Assembly: GCF_001194135.2 (NCBI RefSeq)
Contig: NC_068987.1
Span: 93,392,523 to 93,456,522 of the forward strand
Length of the DNA: 64,000 bases
Direction: 5' to 3'
Source: Octopus bimaculoides
Lineage: Eukaryota
The position numbers were made by a program, and so were the translations under genes. Shown here one piece after another: positions 25,353-38,365 of this stretch. The stretch's first letter is position 1, and every line of letters begins with the position of its first letter. Below the pieces are notes generated by a model. That model did not search any database. It had not been told where the DNA came from and saw only the letters and a list, made by a program, of their open reading frames with translations.

Positions 25353-25374
25353 TTTTTGTTTCTGGCGCAAGAGT

Positions 25375-25470
25375 CTACGTGGCCACTCAGTGGCCACAGA
25401 ACCATGTGTCTCAGTGGCCCAGAACCATGTGTCTGAGACGCTAACTTCTTACCTCATAACCACGCCTGCG
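25375..25470 (-). mobile_element. SINE head (4296 family) with internal 23-bp tandem duplication
   Basis: Minus GCAGGCGTGGTTATGAGGTAAGAAG.. then CACATGGTTCTG(T)GGCCACTGAG twice. Confidence 0.6.
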
Positions 25471-25849
25471 GCTCATGGTACAACATACATACATACATAC
25501 ACACATACATATATACATACATACATAATACATACATAAATACATACACTCGTGCTTTTACGATCACAGAGGACATATTTCGAATTCTCTTTCTTCTTTT
25601 GTCCTTTCTTTTCCGGTTTTAACCCTTTTATATTTTGCATCCATCTTCCTCTTTTTTTTCCGCGTGATTTCTCTTGTTCTACTGGCCTAATATATATAGC
25701 TTGTATCGGCCATGAGCTCAGAGGCCGGAGATTGCTTGGAGACACTGGACCTATCATCAAAAGCGCTACCTAAATAATATCACCACGTATAGAAATATAG
25801 GTAGGTCATAGCTATGTAATCTGTACATTGAATGGGAAGGTTAGCCACA

Positions 25850-25897
<48 letters not shown>

Positions 25898-26169
25898 ATT
25901 ATTCAATTTTATTTCAAGATTTCTTGCCAATAGAGAAAGAAACGTTTTCTAACCTTGACCACACGCTCCTTCACTGGAATTTCAACATCAACAACATGGT
26001 ATTTTTGTTTGTTTGTATGTATGTATGTATGTATGTATGTATGTGCAGATTTGTATGTTTTGTATATGTATTCTCATACATATAGTTGCATATCTAGACA
26101 TGCTCGCATATATATATATTTAAATGATAACCTTCTGAAACGTTTTACAAATTTTTACAGTTCCAGTGA

Positions 26170-26930
26170 TGGATTGGCTCTATAATCTTCGAATTAGCTT
26201 TCTTCTTTCTGGTTTTGGGAAACCTAATTTCTCAACATTGGTATTTAGGCAGTGTGTTACATATCCCAGGGCCCCGATGATTATAGGTATAATCCTGAAC
26301 TTGTAATCTGGATAGAGTAACTGTAGATTTCTCAATAGTTCTCCATAGGTGTTCTCTTTTTCACTGATCTTCAACTTAATGTTAACATCAGCTGGGCAGA
26401 TAATTTCCACAACTGTGCACAATTTCTCTTCCCTCTCTCAAATATCAGGTTTGTTGTGCTTACTGGTACAGTCCACCAGTAAGCACAACAAACCTGATAT
26501 TTTATTATTATGATATTTTATTATTATGAGTGGCTATGGCTTCTACCATATTGTGGGTTCTTAATTCTTTGTCCTCGGGATTATCGTTCCGACGGATTTC
26601 AGTATAGAGCGTCCAAGCTACAAAGTCATGTCTCATCGGTAGATAATACCATGATGAAATTTTCGGATAGTTGATTATGATGTGGGTGATATCTTCAGTG
26701 AGAACTCCACAAAATCTGCATCGGTTGTTACATTTTACGGCTTTTCTCGCATCTCTATCCCTTTTATGCATCAGGTACTTGGTTAATATTTCCTGTTGCT
26801 GGATAGCAAACGCATACTCTTCAAAGTGGGAGGTAGTACTCCGGCTATTGGTTCATGATAAACTGCTTTGATGATCGATGTTACTATCACCACAGAACTT
26901 TCTGCTAACATATCTATGCATAGTCTTCTG
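26170..26930 (-). mobile_element. Non-LTR retrotransposon 3' fragment with CCHC-like knuckle and restriction-like endonuclease (R4/NeSL type)
   Basis: AIQQQEILTKYL, CRFCGVLTEDITHII, RHD, KHNKPDI, VVEIICPAD and IIPIIIGALG appear in the canonical order, with stops. Confidence 0.85.
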
Positions 26931-27084
26931 CTCATATAGTCTCAGCCGTTCAAGTATACGTGTACAAATGAGATGTGTAAGAAATTTTAAAATCTTGTTG
27001 TTGTCCGGAGCGCTCTAAGACTGCTGGGTGTGAGATACTACTTATTTCTCTAGGTGAGGAGATCTTTGAAAACCTATTTTGCAG

Positions 27085-27148
27085 GGAACTGGATCATCAT
27101 TTCTCTATTCCACAAGAATACCACTTTTTTTTCGACTCCCGAATTAAG
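27085..27148 (+). CDS. Weak candidate 64-nt exon (ELDHHFSIPQEYHFFFDSRIK or NWIIISLFHKNTTFFSTPEL)
   Basis: Acceptor CTATTTTGCAG|G, donor AAG|GTAAGT; two frames open. Confidence 0.2.
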
Positions 27149-27770
27149 GTAAGTGGAACCAACTTTAATGAGATTCGAACACAGAAATATAATTGAATGA
27201 TGTGAGTTATTTTATCTGCATTATACTGATTCAGGAAATCTAACCCATATCCTGCAAGCTGTGAATTTAATACTATAAAAATATACATGTAAAATTATAT
27301 AAAGTTCTAGCTACAATAATCCAGTTGTAAATAATTTTTTTAATAATTTTATATGTTATTATTTTTATCAGAGGGTGCAAATTAATTATACATCCACATA
27401 AATATTAACTTAAATTCCTAATGTTGTCATGCACTCAAGTAACTTTAGAAATTAAATCTGAAGAAATTCGTGCGTAACAAAATATTAATAATACTTAATT
27501 TCAACTTATTTTATATCAACTAATTAACCCCCCCACCACTTTTTACATTACTCTGACCTATACAAATTATACGAGTTATATTAACCACCAGCACGTCTAT
27601 GAAAAGATAATTATTAATGCATTTAAATATTTTTCATGTATTAAATCTGAACGTTTTAAACATCGCATTACGCGTCCTCACAATATTATATATACGCTAG
27701 ATAAGAATAATAGATTCTAAAGCAGTAAGAAGTCAACAAATTTATTAAAACATTAGAGAGAAGGTAAACT

Positions 27771-27823
<53 letters not shown>

Positions 27824-28195
27824 NNNNNNNNNNNNNNNNNNNNNNNNNNNNNNNNNNNNNNNNNNNNNNNNNNNNNNNNNNNNNNNNNNNNNNNNNNNNN
27901 NNNNNNNNNNNNNNNNNNNNNNNNNNNNNNNNNNNNNNNNNNNNNNNNNNNNNNNNNNNNNNNNNNNNNNNNNNNNNNNNNNNNNNNNNNNNNNNNNNNN
28001 NNNNNNNNNNNNNNNNNNNNNNNNNNNNNNNNNNNNNNNNNNNNNNNNNNNNATTTCCAGCGTCCTTAGCAAACGGTTCTCGTCTGTAAACGATATATGT
28101 CTGCTCTTAACACCCTGCATCTGTATAAGAGAATCCCTCAAGGTTAATACCGTAGTATTGGGCCTTATAATAATAAATCCACATTCAGTAGGACA

Positions 28196-28269
<74 letters not shown>

Positions 28270-29337
28270 TATGTATGTATGTATGTATGTGTGTGTGAGA
28301 GAGAGAAAATTGGTGAGTGAGTCAGTGAGTGAGTGAGTGAGTGTGTATATATGTGTGTATGTGAGTGTGTATATATAAATTTAGTACTCAAGAAAGGTTT
28401 TTTTTATAAATACATAACGTTAAAAAGCACAGAAATATATCAGTATCAGACGAAAATCGACCATTAGCGGGGGCGGCTTTGCTAAATACGTAGTTCTGAT
28501 TTGTTGAGCATTATCATATGCTAATGTCCACGGGCTTTCATAAATTATATCAATATCGGCTGATTTTCTTCTATATCTATAAAACATGATTCCTAGAGAT
28601 GAATGCCTCAGTTCAGCAGGTGTTCAGTAACATGTCTCCATTAAGCATGATGTACAAATTGCTATAGTGAACTAATACTGCTGCCTCCATTAATAGCGGA
28701 TTCATGCGTATGTTTCTGTGTATGTATCCATTCATATGTCTTTGTATGTAGGTATGCCTACACACATACATACATACACATATATCATGTGATTAAATAT
28801 AGTCCTGGCTTGATTTGCTAGATCCAAAGAAGAATGTGGCGTTTAGAAACTATGCTTTAAGTATAAGAGATGAGAAGACAGACAAGTGTTATCGACTCTT
28901 TCACATTCTCACAAATATTATATACTCCTCACATGATGCATATCATTGTTAAATATGCTGTTTCCACCATGGTTAATATCAGGAAATATGGCGTGCATAC
29001 AATAATTATGATTAAACGTTTATCAAATTTCTTGGAGTTTATAGAAAGTGATTAAATGTATACTAATTCTCAAAGTAATAATACTTTTTGCCTTGGGACA
29101 GAAATTGAGGAAAACAAATTTCACATTTCGATATTTGCACTAAATATATGTCTTGTTTTTTTTTTATTAATTTAATGACCATTTCGCATTCTACTACACC
29201 AAAAACTTGTCTCCGGAAAATTGTCTAAATAGGTTTCTAATTTTCAGAAAGTTATACGATTCAAAATGGTTTATGGGTATCAAATTCGAGTTATATCCGA
29301 CCTCTCTCCCTATGTTTCTCTCTTTACCTCTCTCCCT

Positions 29338-29380
<43 letters not shown>

Positions 29381-29404
29381 NNNNNNNNNNNNNNNNNNNN
29401 NTGT

Positions 29405-29640
29405 GTGTGTTAAATTAAACGAGACAACAAAGCCAAGACTGTGTGGAATTTTCAGGACAAAGAGAAAGTTAGTCTTACAGCTGTTTCTGGGATATTAGGG
29501 ATATCCTTTCAGCAGAGACGATGTGAGATTGTTAAATGGAGGGAAATATCAGAGTTCAATATGAGGAGTTATTTTTGAAAAGGAAGCAAATAAGGAGTAT
29601 ATAGGGAAATAGGAGAATGAATGTAGAAATAAGAATAAAA
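29405..29640 (-). mobile_element. Family A Penelope-like repeat with hammerhead motif (29472-29519)
   Basis: Minus GTCT-CTGCTGA-A-AGGATAT-CCCTA-ATATCCC-A-GAAACAGCTGTA-AGAC. Flanks align with 55110-55290. Confidence 0.7.
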
Positions 29641-29932
29641 ATGTATAAAGATGTTATAGTTAGACACACACACACACACACACATGTTATAGTTACAGTT
29701 CCATTATCCAAGGAAAGTGGTGTGTAGAAGTGTGTGTCATCACAAACAGATAGTGTGGAGACCAATACCTCTCATATATGTATATACCAATACTTCTCGT
29801 ATATATATATATATATGCGATACATTCAGGAGCGGAGACGAATGACAATTTTTGTAGATAATAATAATGATGGTGTTTATAAGCTTTAAGCTTACAAACA
29901 TTACCAATTACAGAATATATATATATATATAT

Positions 29933-29999
<67 letters not shown>

Positions 30000-30129
30000 T
30001 GTCTGTTTGTCTGTATGTTTGTCTGTATGTATGTATGTATGTACGTATGTATGTATGTGTGTGTGTATTATGTATGTATGTATGTATGCATGCATGTGTG
30101 TGTGTATGTGCGTGGGTCAAAATGATACT

Positions 30130-30270
30130 AAAACGAGAAACAATGAACAAAAGACAGATAACAAGGGAACAACAGACAATGTTTATTAGTTTGATGTTGG
30201 GTAGAAATGGAAGAAATCTTGGAGGTTTCGAGCCTGCCGACCTCTTTTACAGAACGGAATGAGAGAAAGC
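30130..30270 (-). mobile_element. Family B Penelope-like repeat, degenerate hammerhead
   Basis: Minus CTGTAAA-AGAG..GCTC-GAAAC then ATCAAACTAAT tail similar to 1200-1319. Confidence 0.45.
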
Positions 30271-30394
30271 ACTTGCAAAAAAGATAAAGAAAAGAGAGAG
30301 AAAAAAAAAACACGTGTCCAGATTAAAGGTTTCACATGTTGAATTAACCGGGAGGAAGTGAATTGTAGGAGCACCTAGAATGTTCTCCTCTAAG

Positions 30395-30620
30395 GCACAA
30401 GTCCAGGCAAGGTTATTTGTGGAAGGCCAACAGTCGCCCATGCATATCAGCCTCCCTTTTCACGCCCCCTATGTTATCCAAGGGAGAAACGAAGGCCGAT
30501 ACAGCTTGGCACACGCAACCATGTTACAACTCAATACTACAAGTTGAGTGAACTGGTGCAATGTGAAATAAGGTGTCTTGAACAAGAACGCAACATACAG
30601 CCTGGTCCTGAAATCGAATA
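30395..30620 (-). mobile_element. tRNA-derived SINE (11285 family), 5' end interrupted by (TG)n
   Basis: GAACTGG.GCAA.GTGAAATAA.GTGTCTTG..CAAGAAC.CAAC core shared with 11490-11520 and 33210-33250. Confidence 0.7.
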
Positions 30621-30639
30621 TGTATGTGTGTGCGCGCGC

Positions 30640-30677
<38 letters not shown>

Positions 30678-31091
30678 ACCTGTGTGTGGTTGTGTGTGGG
30701 CACCTGTGTGTGTGTGTGTGCGCGAGAGAGAGAGAGCATGTATGTATATATGTATGTATGTATGCAATCAAAATTATTATTTGAATATTTTCAAAGGAGA
30801 AATTTCAGCTGAATTGCCAATTTGCAATTAAATTTTCCTGTAGTTTTCTTTCCTATAACGAATGTTTCATTTTCTACGATGCTACATTCGTAAAATAACT
30901 ACATCATGCAGTGAAGAAATATCGACAGAAATCTATAATAATGATGTTTATAGTCAACATATAAGCATTTACTTACTTTTACATTTCTAGTTTCATTTTC
31001 TCTCTTTTTGAAATCCGGAAATGTACGTTCTTAAAGCATAAGATCACCGTATGAACAAGTACGAATGTCTTGTCGGTGTGCTTTTGTGGAA

Positions 31092-31158
<67 letters not shown>

Positions 31159-31524
31159 TGCACGTCTATGTGTGTTTGTAAGAGACAGCAGATGAATGTG
31201 CGTATATGTGTGCGCGTGTGTGGATTCCATTATGTAAAATCAACAAGGACAGTAATTTTGCTTTCAATATTTTTTTTCTTTTAGACATCAACTAGGAAAA
31301 TAAAGTGAAAATATACTTTCTTAATAATGTGTATAAGCTATTATATATATTAATTTCATATCTATATGTGCAATTTAGATTTTCTAATTGTAAATCTATC
31401 ACCTACACCAATTCACATCTTTCTTTTCACACATGTATAAAGAAAAGGATTTAAATAATCTATTGGCAATGCCAATAAGATAGTCACCAAAAATGATCAA
31501 ATTCCTCCAGAAGTGGAACTATAA

Positions 31525-31779
31525 GCAAGCTTTCCGGTTTTTCGAAATTCTAGTCGGTTCTCTGATACTTTTTCAAATCGACGAGTTCTAAGACTTCCAG
31601 ATGTTCACATTTTGGACCTATACGTAAGTAACAGGTCGCTAAATACAGAGCAATGCAGCAACATTTGCTTACAACTCCCAGGTTTAAAAACAATCAAAGC
31701 AGTTTCGGAATATCCTTCTCAATTTCCAGCTGAACATAAATATACAATTATCCAACCCGACAGAAATCCAGATTCGTAA
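31525..31779 (+). CDS. Candidate coding segment with LRR-like spacing (..RRVLRLPDVHILDLYVSNRSLNTEQCSNICLQLPGLKTIKAVSEYPSQFPAEHKYTIIQPDRNPDS)
   Basis: 84 open codons without ATG. Acceptors at 31554 (TTCTAG|) and 31682 (CTCCCAG|G); donor TTC|GTAAGT at 31775. 31554-31775 would be a symmetric 222-nt exon. Confidence 0.3.
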   Translation, partial: ASFPVFRNSSRFSDTFSNRRVLRLPDVHILDLYVSNRSLNTEQCSNICLQLPGLKTIKAVSEYPSQFPAEHKYTIIQPDRNPDS

Positions 31780-32958
31780 GTATTTATAAAATGATTTCGT
31801 CCCAACTATTCACTTCAATCAATAATCTTTCAGTCCAAGGGGCTATTTCCTACATCCGAAGAATAAAACTTCACGTCCTTGAGTTCTTTACCGAAAGGAA
31901 ATTAATTTGTTAATCGTGATATCGATAAGATATGCAGCGATATTTGGTATCATTCATAGCCAGAAGACTGTCCATGACAAAATTTATTTCAAAATGATAA
32001 ATCTCAAAGCAAATACATTATCCAAACGATTCAAAATCTTTATGTCTGACTCTACGCCTATTATCACATACATCGGTATTTCCTTCTCTCAGGGACATTT
32101 TCCCATAACTATACGTCCATCTGCCTGCACTAGAGAAAAACACATATTTCTAAATCCATTATCATTATCATTGTCACTATCTTATCATTATCTGTCCTGC
32201 GTTTCACGCTAGAATAATCGCCACCACCAAAAAAAAAAAAAAGAAAAAATCACCAATGTATTGACCTCCAGTTATTACCACATTCAATGCCAGCAGTCAC
32301 TCTGTAGTGATATTTTTTTCCTGCAGTGCACTAAACTTAGTATCTACCAAAAGAAATTCGGCGTTAGTAGGGACCAAGCAACGCTCAGCTATACATTTCT
32401 CAATCTGGCGAAACAGTTATCTCATGTNNNNNNNNNNTATATAGTCTTCTTGAATTTTGATATTATATTCGGGATTTATGATCTGAGATAAACTAAAGAG
32501 CACTGTTTCACTCTATAACAGAATAAAAACAATCAAAGCAAGTATAATGAGAGATAACAAAATGTAATAGACATATATAACATAACAAATTTGCTACAGT
32601 AACCATATATCGTCAATAGTTCATAAATCCTAAAAATGAAGCGGACGAAGTAGATAAGAAGTTGGTTCTTTTGTAGAATCATAACAAGCATTGACATCAT
32701 TTCTTTTTGAGTGAACCCCACATCATGGAAGAAAGTTGTCTAAGGAAACAGCTATCAGACTGGCAGAGAAAAATTATTGTTCTTTTCAACAGTAAAAATT
32801 CGACTTCGGGACTGGCTTAATGGTTAACTTGACCGAGTTACCCAGGGTTAATATGACATCACGCTTTGTGACGCTTATTGTCTACCTGAAATAGATCTTG
32901 TGAAAATGTAAATCGGCATTTCCCGAAATTTCTGCTTTTCTAGTGACCAACCTGTATT

Positions 32959-33099
32959 AGGAAGTTAAAGTTATGTCCGGTCATAAAGTGGCCACTGGTT
33001 TCGCATCTATCAAGCGTTTAGCAAATTTTAGTCTGCTAAGCCCTTTATGGGTGCGAAACCAATGGCCACGCTATGACCGGCCTTAATAATCAAACTTCC
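32959..33099. repeat. Long imperfect hairpin (47-bp core arms, 10-nt loop)
   Basis: 32977-33023 pairs without gaps with 33034-33080: 39/47 Watson-Crick. Outer AGGAAGTT/AACTTCCT also match. Confidence 0.85.
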
Positions 33100-33159
33100 T
33101 GCCCGAGCCATAGGCTCTTAAGCTCGGTTCCCAAATTTTGAGTGGCACATATTCCCTAC

Positions 33160-33318
33160 TGCATGGGAAGCCAGCCCGCGCAGTATTAATCATATTTGCC
33201 AGCTGAGAGCACTGGAGCAACGAGAAATGAAGGATTTTCTCAAGAACACAACGCATCGCCTGGACAAGGGATCGAAACCTAAATCTTTGAATCACCTTAA
33301 TCATTAAGCCATGCGCCC
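33160..33318 (-). mobile_element. tRNA-derived SINE (11285 family)
   Basis: Minus GGGCGCATGGCTTAATG.., GGTTTCGATCCC B box, GTGTTCTTGAGAA..TTGCTCCAGT core. Confidence 0.7.
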
Positions 33319-35299
33319 ACACACACACACATAGACACACAAACACACACACACAAATAGAAATATAATTAAAAACATATACATGCATGAATACATACAT
33401 ACACACACACACACACATACACATATATATATTTATACAGACAAATATATTTATACGATGCATATGCTACATACATATATAGAGCGAGAAAGAAAGAGAG
33501 GATATCTGTGTAAAAGTAAAGGAGAGAGAGATTAGGAGAGAGGTAAGTATGGAAACCATAAAGAAGAAAAAATAAGAGAAGAAAGAAGAGTGGGATATCG
33601 TCAGAATCAAACAACTGAAGACATCATAAAAGTAAGTTTGAGAAAATAGATTCATAGAAGGAAGATCAAAGGGAATTCGCTGAGAGATTAAAAAAAAAAA
33701 GAGAAGATTACAAAAAAGAAAGGAGAAAAACAGTTTGGCATCCACTGCTAAGCGAGGAGCAGAATCGAATAAATTTAAAATGTCATACTGTAATTCTTAT
33801 TGAATATGTAATTAGTTTAGACGAATTAAGTTGGTTTGTATCCCGGGTAGGAGCGTCTAGTTTTCATATTCATGTGTGTGTGTGTGTGTGTGTGCGTACG
33901 TGCGTGTATGTGTACATATGCATATATATATATATGTATATGTATATGTATATGTGTGTATATNNNNNNNNNNNNNNNNNNNNNNNNNNNNNNNNNNNNN
34001 NNNNNNNNNNNNNNNNNNNNNNNNNNNNNNNNNNNNNNNNNNNNNNNNNNNNNNNNNNNNNNNNNNNNNNNNNNNNNNNNNNNNNNNNNNNNNNNNNNNN
34101 NNNNNNNNNNNNNNNNNNNNNNNNNNNNNNNNNNNNNNNNNNNNNNNNNNNNNNNNNNNNNNNNNNNNNNNNNNNNNNNNNNNNNNNNNNNNNNNNNNNN
34201 NNNNATATATATATATATATATATATTTACATATACTGATGTGTATAGAGGGATGAATATATATATATATATATATATGAGTGTATGTGTGTTTTTATCT
34301 ATATATGTATGCATATAGTATCTCTCTCTCACACTCTCTCTCTTTCTCACTTTATCAGTCTGTCTTTTTAGGTATTAATGTATATATATAATATATATAT
34401 ATATTGGTATTTCTAAATTAATATTTTTATTGCTGATTGACAAGAAATGTGTGCGAAAGAGATACACAAGCATGCGTTACAAGCGTGGGGGTTAAGTGTG
34501 GCTATGTACATACATTCAAACGTGTTTATGCGTGTATATATGTGCATGTGTGTTTATGCATGCATATTGTTCAAGAGATAAGCAAATATATGGGGATTTA
34601 CTTGGAAAATATAAATGGAATGCGACATGAGATAGAAATGAATGTCGTCAGCAGTCAACAGTAAAACATAAATACAAAACAGGGAAATGCCCTGACAGTA
34701 TATTGCAGTTGTTTGGTTTAAGAGTTATTCAATGGCCACAATGAGATATGTAGTTTCGGAGGGTTGATCTCGCTGGTCCACGTGTTAATAAATCAATAGC
34801 AAAATTGTATATTCCCAGTTTAATTTCGCTGCATGCGCCCTATTTCTTACTGATCCCTTCTTCCGCTTCAATATGGACGGCCTGGCTTTGTTACGGGTTG
34901 GGTGAACGAGAAATTGTGATGAGATGGAGAGGTTTCGCATATATAATCTTGATGTAAACAACACGCAAACGCATATACAGACACCCACATATATATATTG
35001 TATATACGTGCGTGTGTGGTTGTGTGTTTGTATGTGTGTTTGAGTGTCTGTGTTTGTGTCTATGTATGTGGGTGCGCAAGTACATTTGTATAAATGTGTG
35101 TGTGCGTGCGTGTGTGCTTGTGTCTGTGTGTTTGAGATTCTGCGTTTGTGTCAACGTATGTGTGTATGTAAGTATACATATATGTGTGTGTGTATGTGTG
35201 TGTGTATTATTTGGGTCCACATATACACAAGTATTGTACACACACACAAGCACAAGCAGACTCACACAGACGCACGCACACATGCATATATATACATAT

Positions 35300-35352
<53 letters not shown>

Positions 35353-35766
35353 NNNNNNNNNNNNNNNNNNNNNNNNNNNNNNNNNNNNNNNNNNNNNNNN
35401 NNNNNNNNNNNNNNNNNNNNNNNNNNNNNNNNNNNNNNNNNNNNNNNNNNNNNNNNNNNNNNNNNNNNNNNNNNNNNNNNNNNNNNNNNNNNNNNNNNNN
35501 NNNNNNNNNNNNNNNNTATATATGACTACATACACTTCAATGGAACTCGCTATCGAAATTCCCTGTATATACATCTAGCACTACTTCGGAACAGCGAGTT
35601 GTCATTGCAATATCTGCTCTTGCACACGATAATAGTATAAATCAAAACTGACCAATTCATATCTGGTTAATGGATTTCATTTAGATGACACCGTTGTTGC
35701 TGGATGGGGATGCTGAGTGGGGCAGCTTGTGAGAGCTGCAGCACCAGCAGCAGGAGCAGCAGCAGC

Positions 35767-35822
<56 letters not shown>

Positions 35823-36483
35823 CAGCAGCAGTAGTAGTAGTAGTAGTAGTTCTAGGGTCTTGACATCCCATGGTTTATAGTGTTATAAATGAATACAGTT
35901 GACGCTAGATGGCAAGTATTAGAGAGGCCGTCATCATAATTGTATGACTGCCACACAAGTAGAATATTGGATTGTCCCTGTTTATATTGACAAAGACAAT
36001 GCAATGAATTTCAAGGGGCTGACACATAAATTATTATGATAACTATTTGTACCTCTGTTTCTCTTTAAGTCAGTCCCTATGAATTTGAGAACGTTCGTAC
36101 GGATCATTATTTTTCGTATGTCCAAGTATTTGGTTTTTCTGTGAAACAAACTTATGACAAAATTCAAAAGCACATTGTATATCGTCCATGAACAACCTCT
36201 GTTCCGATGCCACCTACATAGAATATTTGTGATAATTAATCGCTAATCTACGGGTTTCATTAGCTAAATGCAAACAAAAACTCAGTTTTCTAATAATTCG
36301 AATAATGCGTGTCTGTCGATTATTGTTTCAAATTTGCAGCAAAGAATCTCTATTTTTGAATTGCTAAATTCACCAAAGTTGTATATATACTTGTTTCTTA
36401 ACAACGTGAAAACTGCATTTTTTTTAATGGTGATGGCATACACATATAAATTCATGCACACGCATGTGCGTGCATGTGCGTGC

Positions 36484-36534
<51 letters not shown>

Positions 36535-36857
36535 NNNNNNNNNNNNNNNNNNNNNNNNNNNNNNNNNNNNNNNNNNNNNNNNNNNNNNNNNNNNNNNNNN
36601 NNNNNNNNNNNNNNNNNNNNNNNNNNNNNNNNNNNNNNNNNNNNNNNNNNNNNNNNNNNNNNNNNNNNNNNNNNNNNNNNNNNNNNNNNNNNNNNNNNNN
36701 NNNNNNNNNNNNNNNNNNNNNNNNNNNNNNNNNNNNNNNNNNNNNNNNNNNNNNNNNNNNNNNNNNNNNNNNNNNNNNNNNNNNNNNNNNNNNNNNNNNN
36801 NNNNNNNNNNNNNNNNNNNNNNNNNNNNNNNNNNNNNNNNNNNNNNCATGTGCGTGC

Positions 36858-36911
<54 letters not shown>

Positions 36912-37113
36912 GTGCGTCGGTGTGAGAAAATATTGCAATTTGTAAAAGCACCGAGATCAACCTGTTCGTCATTATGCATGAAGATGACAATTATGAAAAG
37001 AAACAAAATACTTCAGATGACCAAATTTAGTGAAATTACGAAAGACAACACTTCTAAAACAAAATGTAAGCTAGCTAAGTTCATTACTGGTGATAACGCT
37101 CAAAAAGTCTCTC

Positions 37114-37155
<42 letters not shown>

Positions 37156-37740
37156 ACTCTATCTCTCTCTCTCTCTCTCTCTCCCTCTATCTATCTATCT
37201 CTTCATTACATAAAAGGGAGTTCAGCCAAATTACAATAATGAATAACTTATATAGTACACCCTCCCACATGCAATGACGCACGCACAATTACACTGATGT
37301 TTGTATACACACGCAAACAATTATATGAGACGGAAATTCTCAGTGAACCCGAAGACAAGACCACAAATGGGAGATTCTCTTCTAAGACACAGTTTTAATA
37401 TTTCTTCTCTCAAGGAAAGTTTCAGGGATAAACATTCATTAGCGACAACAGATAGATAGATATTTTTGAACAATAGGATACGCCAGATAAAACTGTTCTC
37501 CTATGCGGATTTCAAAACAATTCAAAGTACTTTTTGTGAAAAAGTAAAGCGATTATTTTTGATGAATCTTCATAAAATTAAAATACGAAGCTGCTTCCAT
37601 TCTTCACATTGAATATTGTAGCGTATTTAGCTTTTAATCAGTCACAAAATTTTACTTTCAAGACCGCGCTAATCGTTAAACCTTTGTCTTAATTTTGTTT
37701 AAGGCGTGCTGTCCTACTTAAAATTACGAAGGTATCTGCC

Positions 37741-37819
<79 letters not shown>

Positions 37820-38209
37820 TTATCTATATATATATATATATATATATATATANNNNNNNNNNNNNNNNNNNNNNNNNNNNNNNNNNNNNNNNNNNNNNNN
37901 NNNNNNNNNNNNNNNNNNNNNNNNNNNNNNNNNNNNNNNNNNNNNNNNNNNNNNNNNNNNNNNNNNNNNNNNNNNNNNNNNNNNNNNNNNNNNNNNNNNN
38001 NNNNNNNNNNNNNNNNNNNNNNNNNNNNNNNNNNNNNNNNNNNNNNNNNNNNNNNNTAGTTTACTTTTCCGCTGATGAGAAATAAAAAAAAGTACGCCAC
38101 GAAGTAAGAAAAAATATTATATTTTCAGAATATAAAATGACGTGCTACTAATAGTTCCATGCATGAAGGCGGATGCAAAAAGCTGAATGGAGAAGAAAGA
38201 GTAATGGTT

Positions 38210-38365
38210 GTGGTCAATGTGTGCAGCAGGGTTCGCCGCCACCCCCTACCGGATCCTCTTGGAGCTTTAGATGTTTTTTGCTCAATAAACATTCGCAATG
38301 CCCGGTCTGGGAATCGAAACCGCGATCCCACAACCGCGAGTCCGCTGCCCAAAACCCTATGCCTC
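38210..38365 (-). mobile_element. tRNA-derived SINE, diverged
   Basis: Minus GCGGTTTCGATTCCCAGACCGGGC (B box) followed by GTTTATTGAGCAAAAAAC core variant. Confidence 0.6.

Noticed and set aside
28054-28090. Hammerhead-like CAGACGA...GGAAA on the minus strand
   Set aside because: Core mutated, no convincing stem II, and the remainder is lost in a gap.
31695-31725. Minus-strand TGAGA-AGGA-TAT-TCC-GAAAC motif
   Set aside because: Core lacks C3 and N7, with no stem I or III; likely chance.
36467-36905. Repeated CATGTGCGTGCATATGTGTG on both sides of a gap
   Set aside because: Same assembly-overlap signature, in simple-repeat context.
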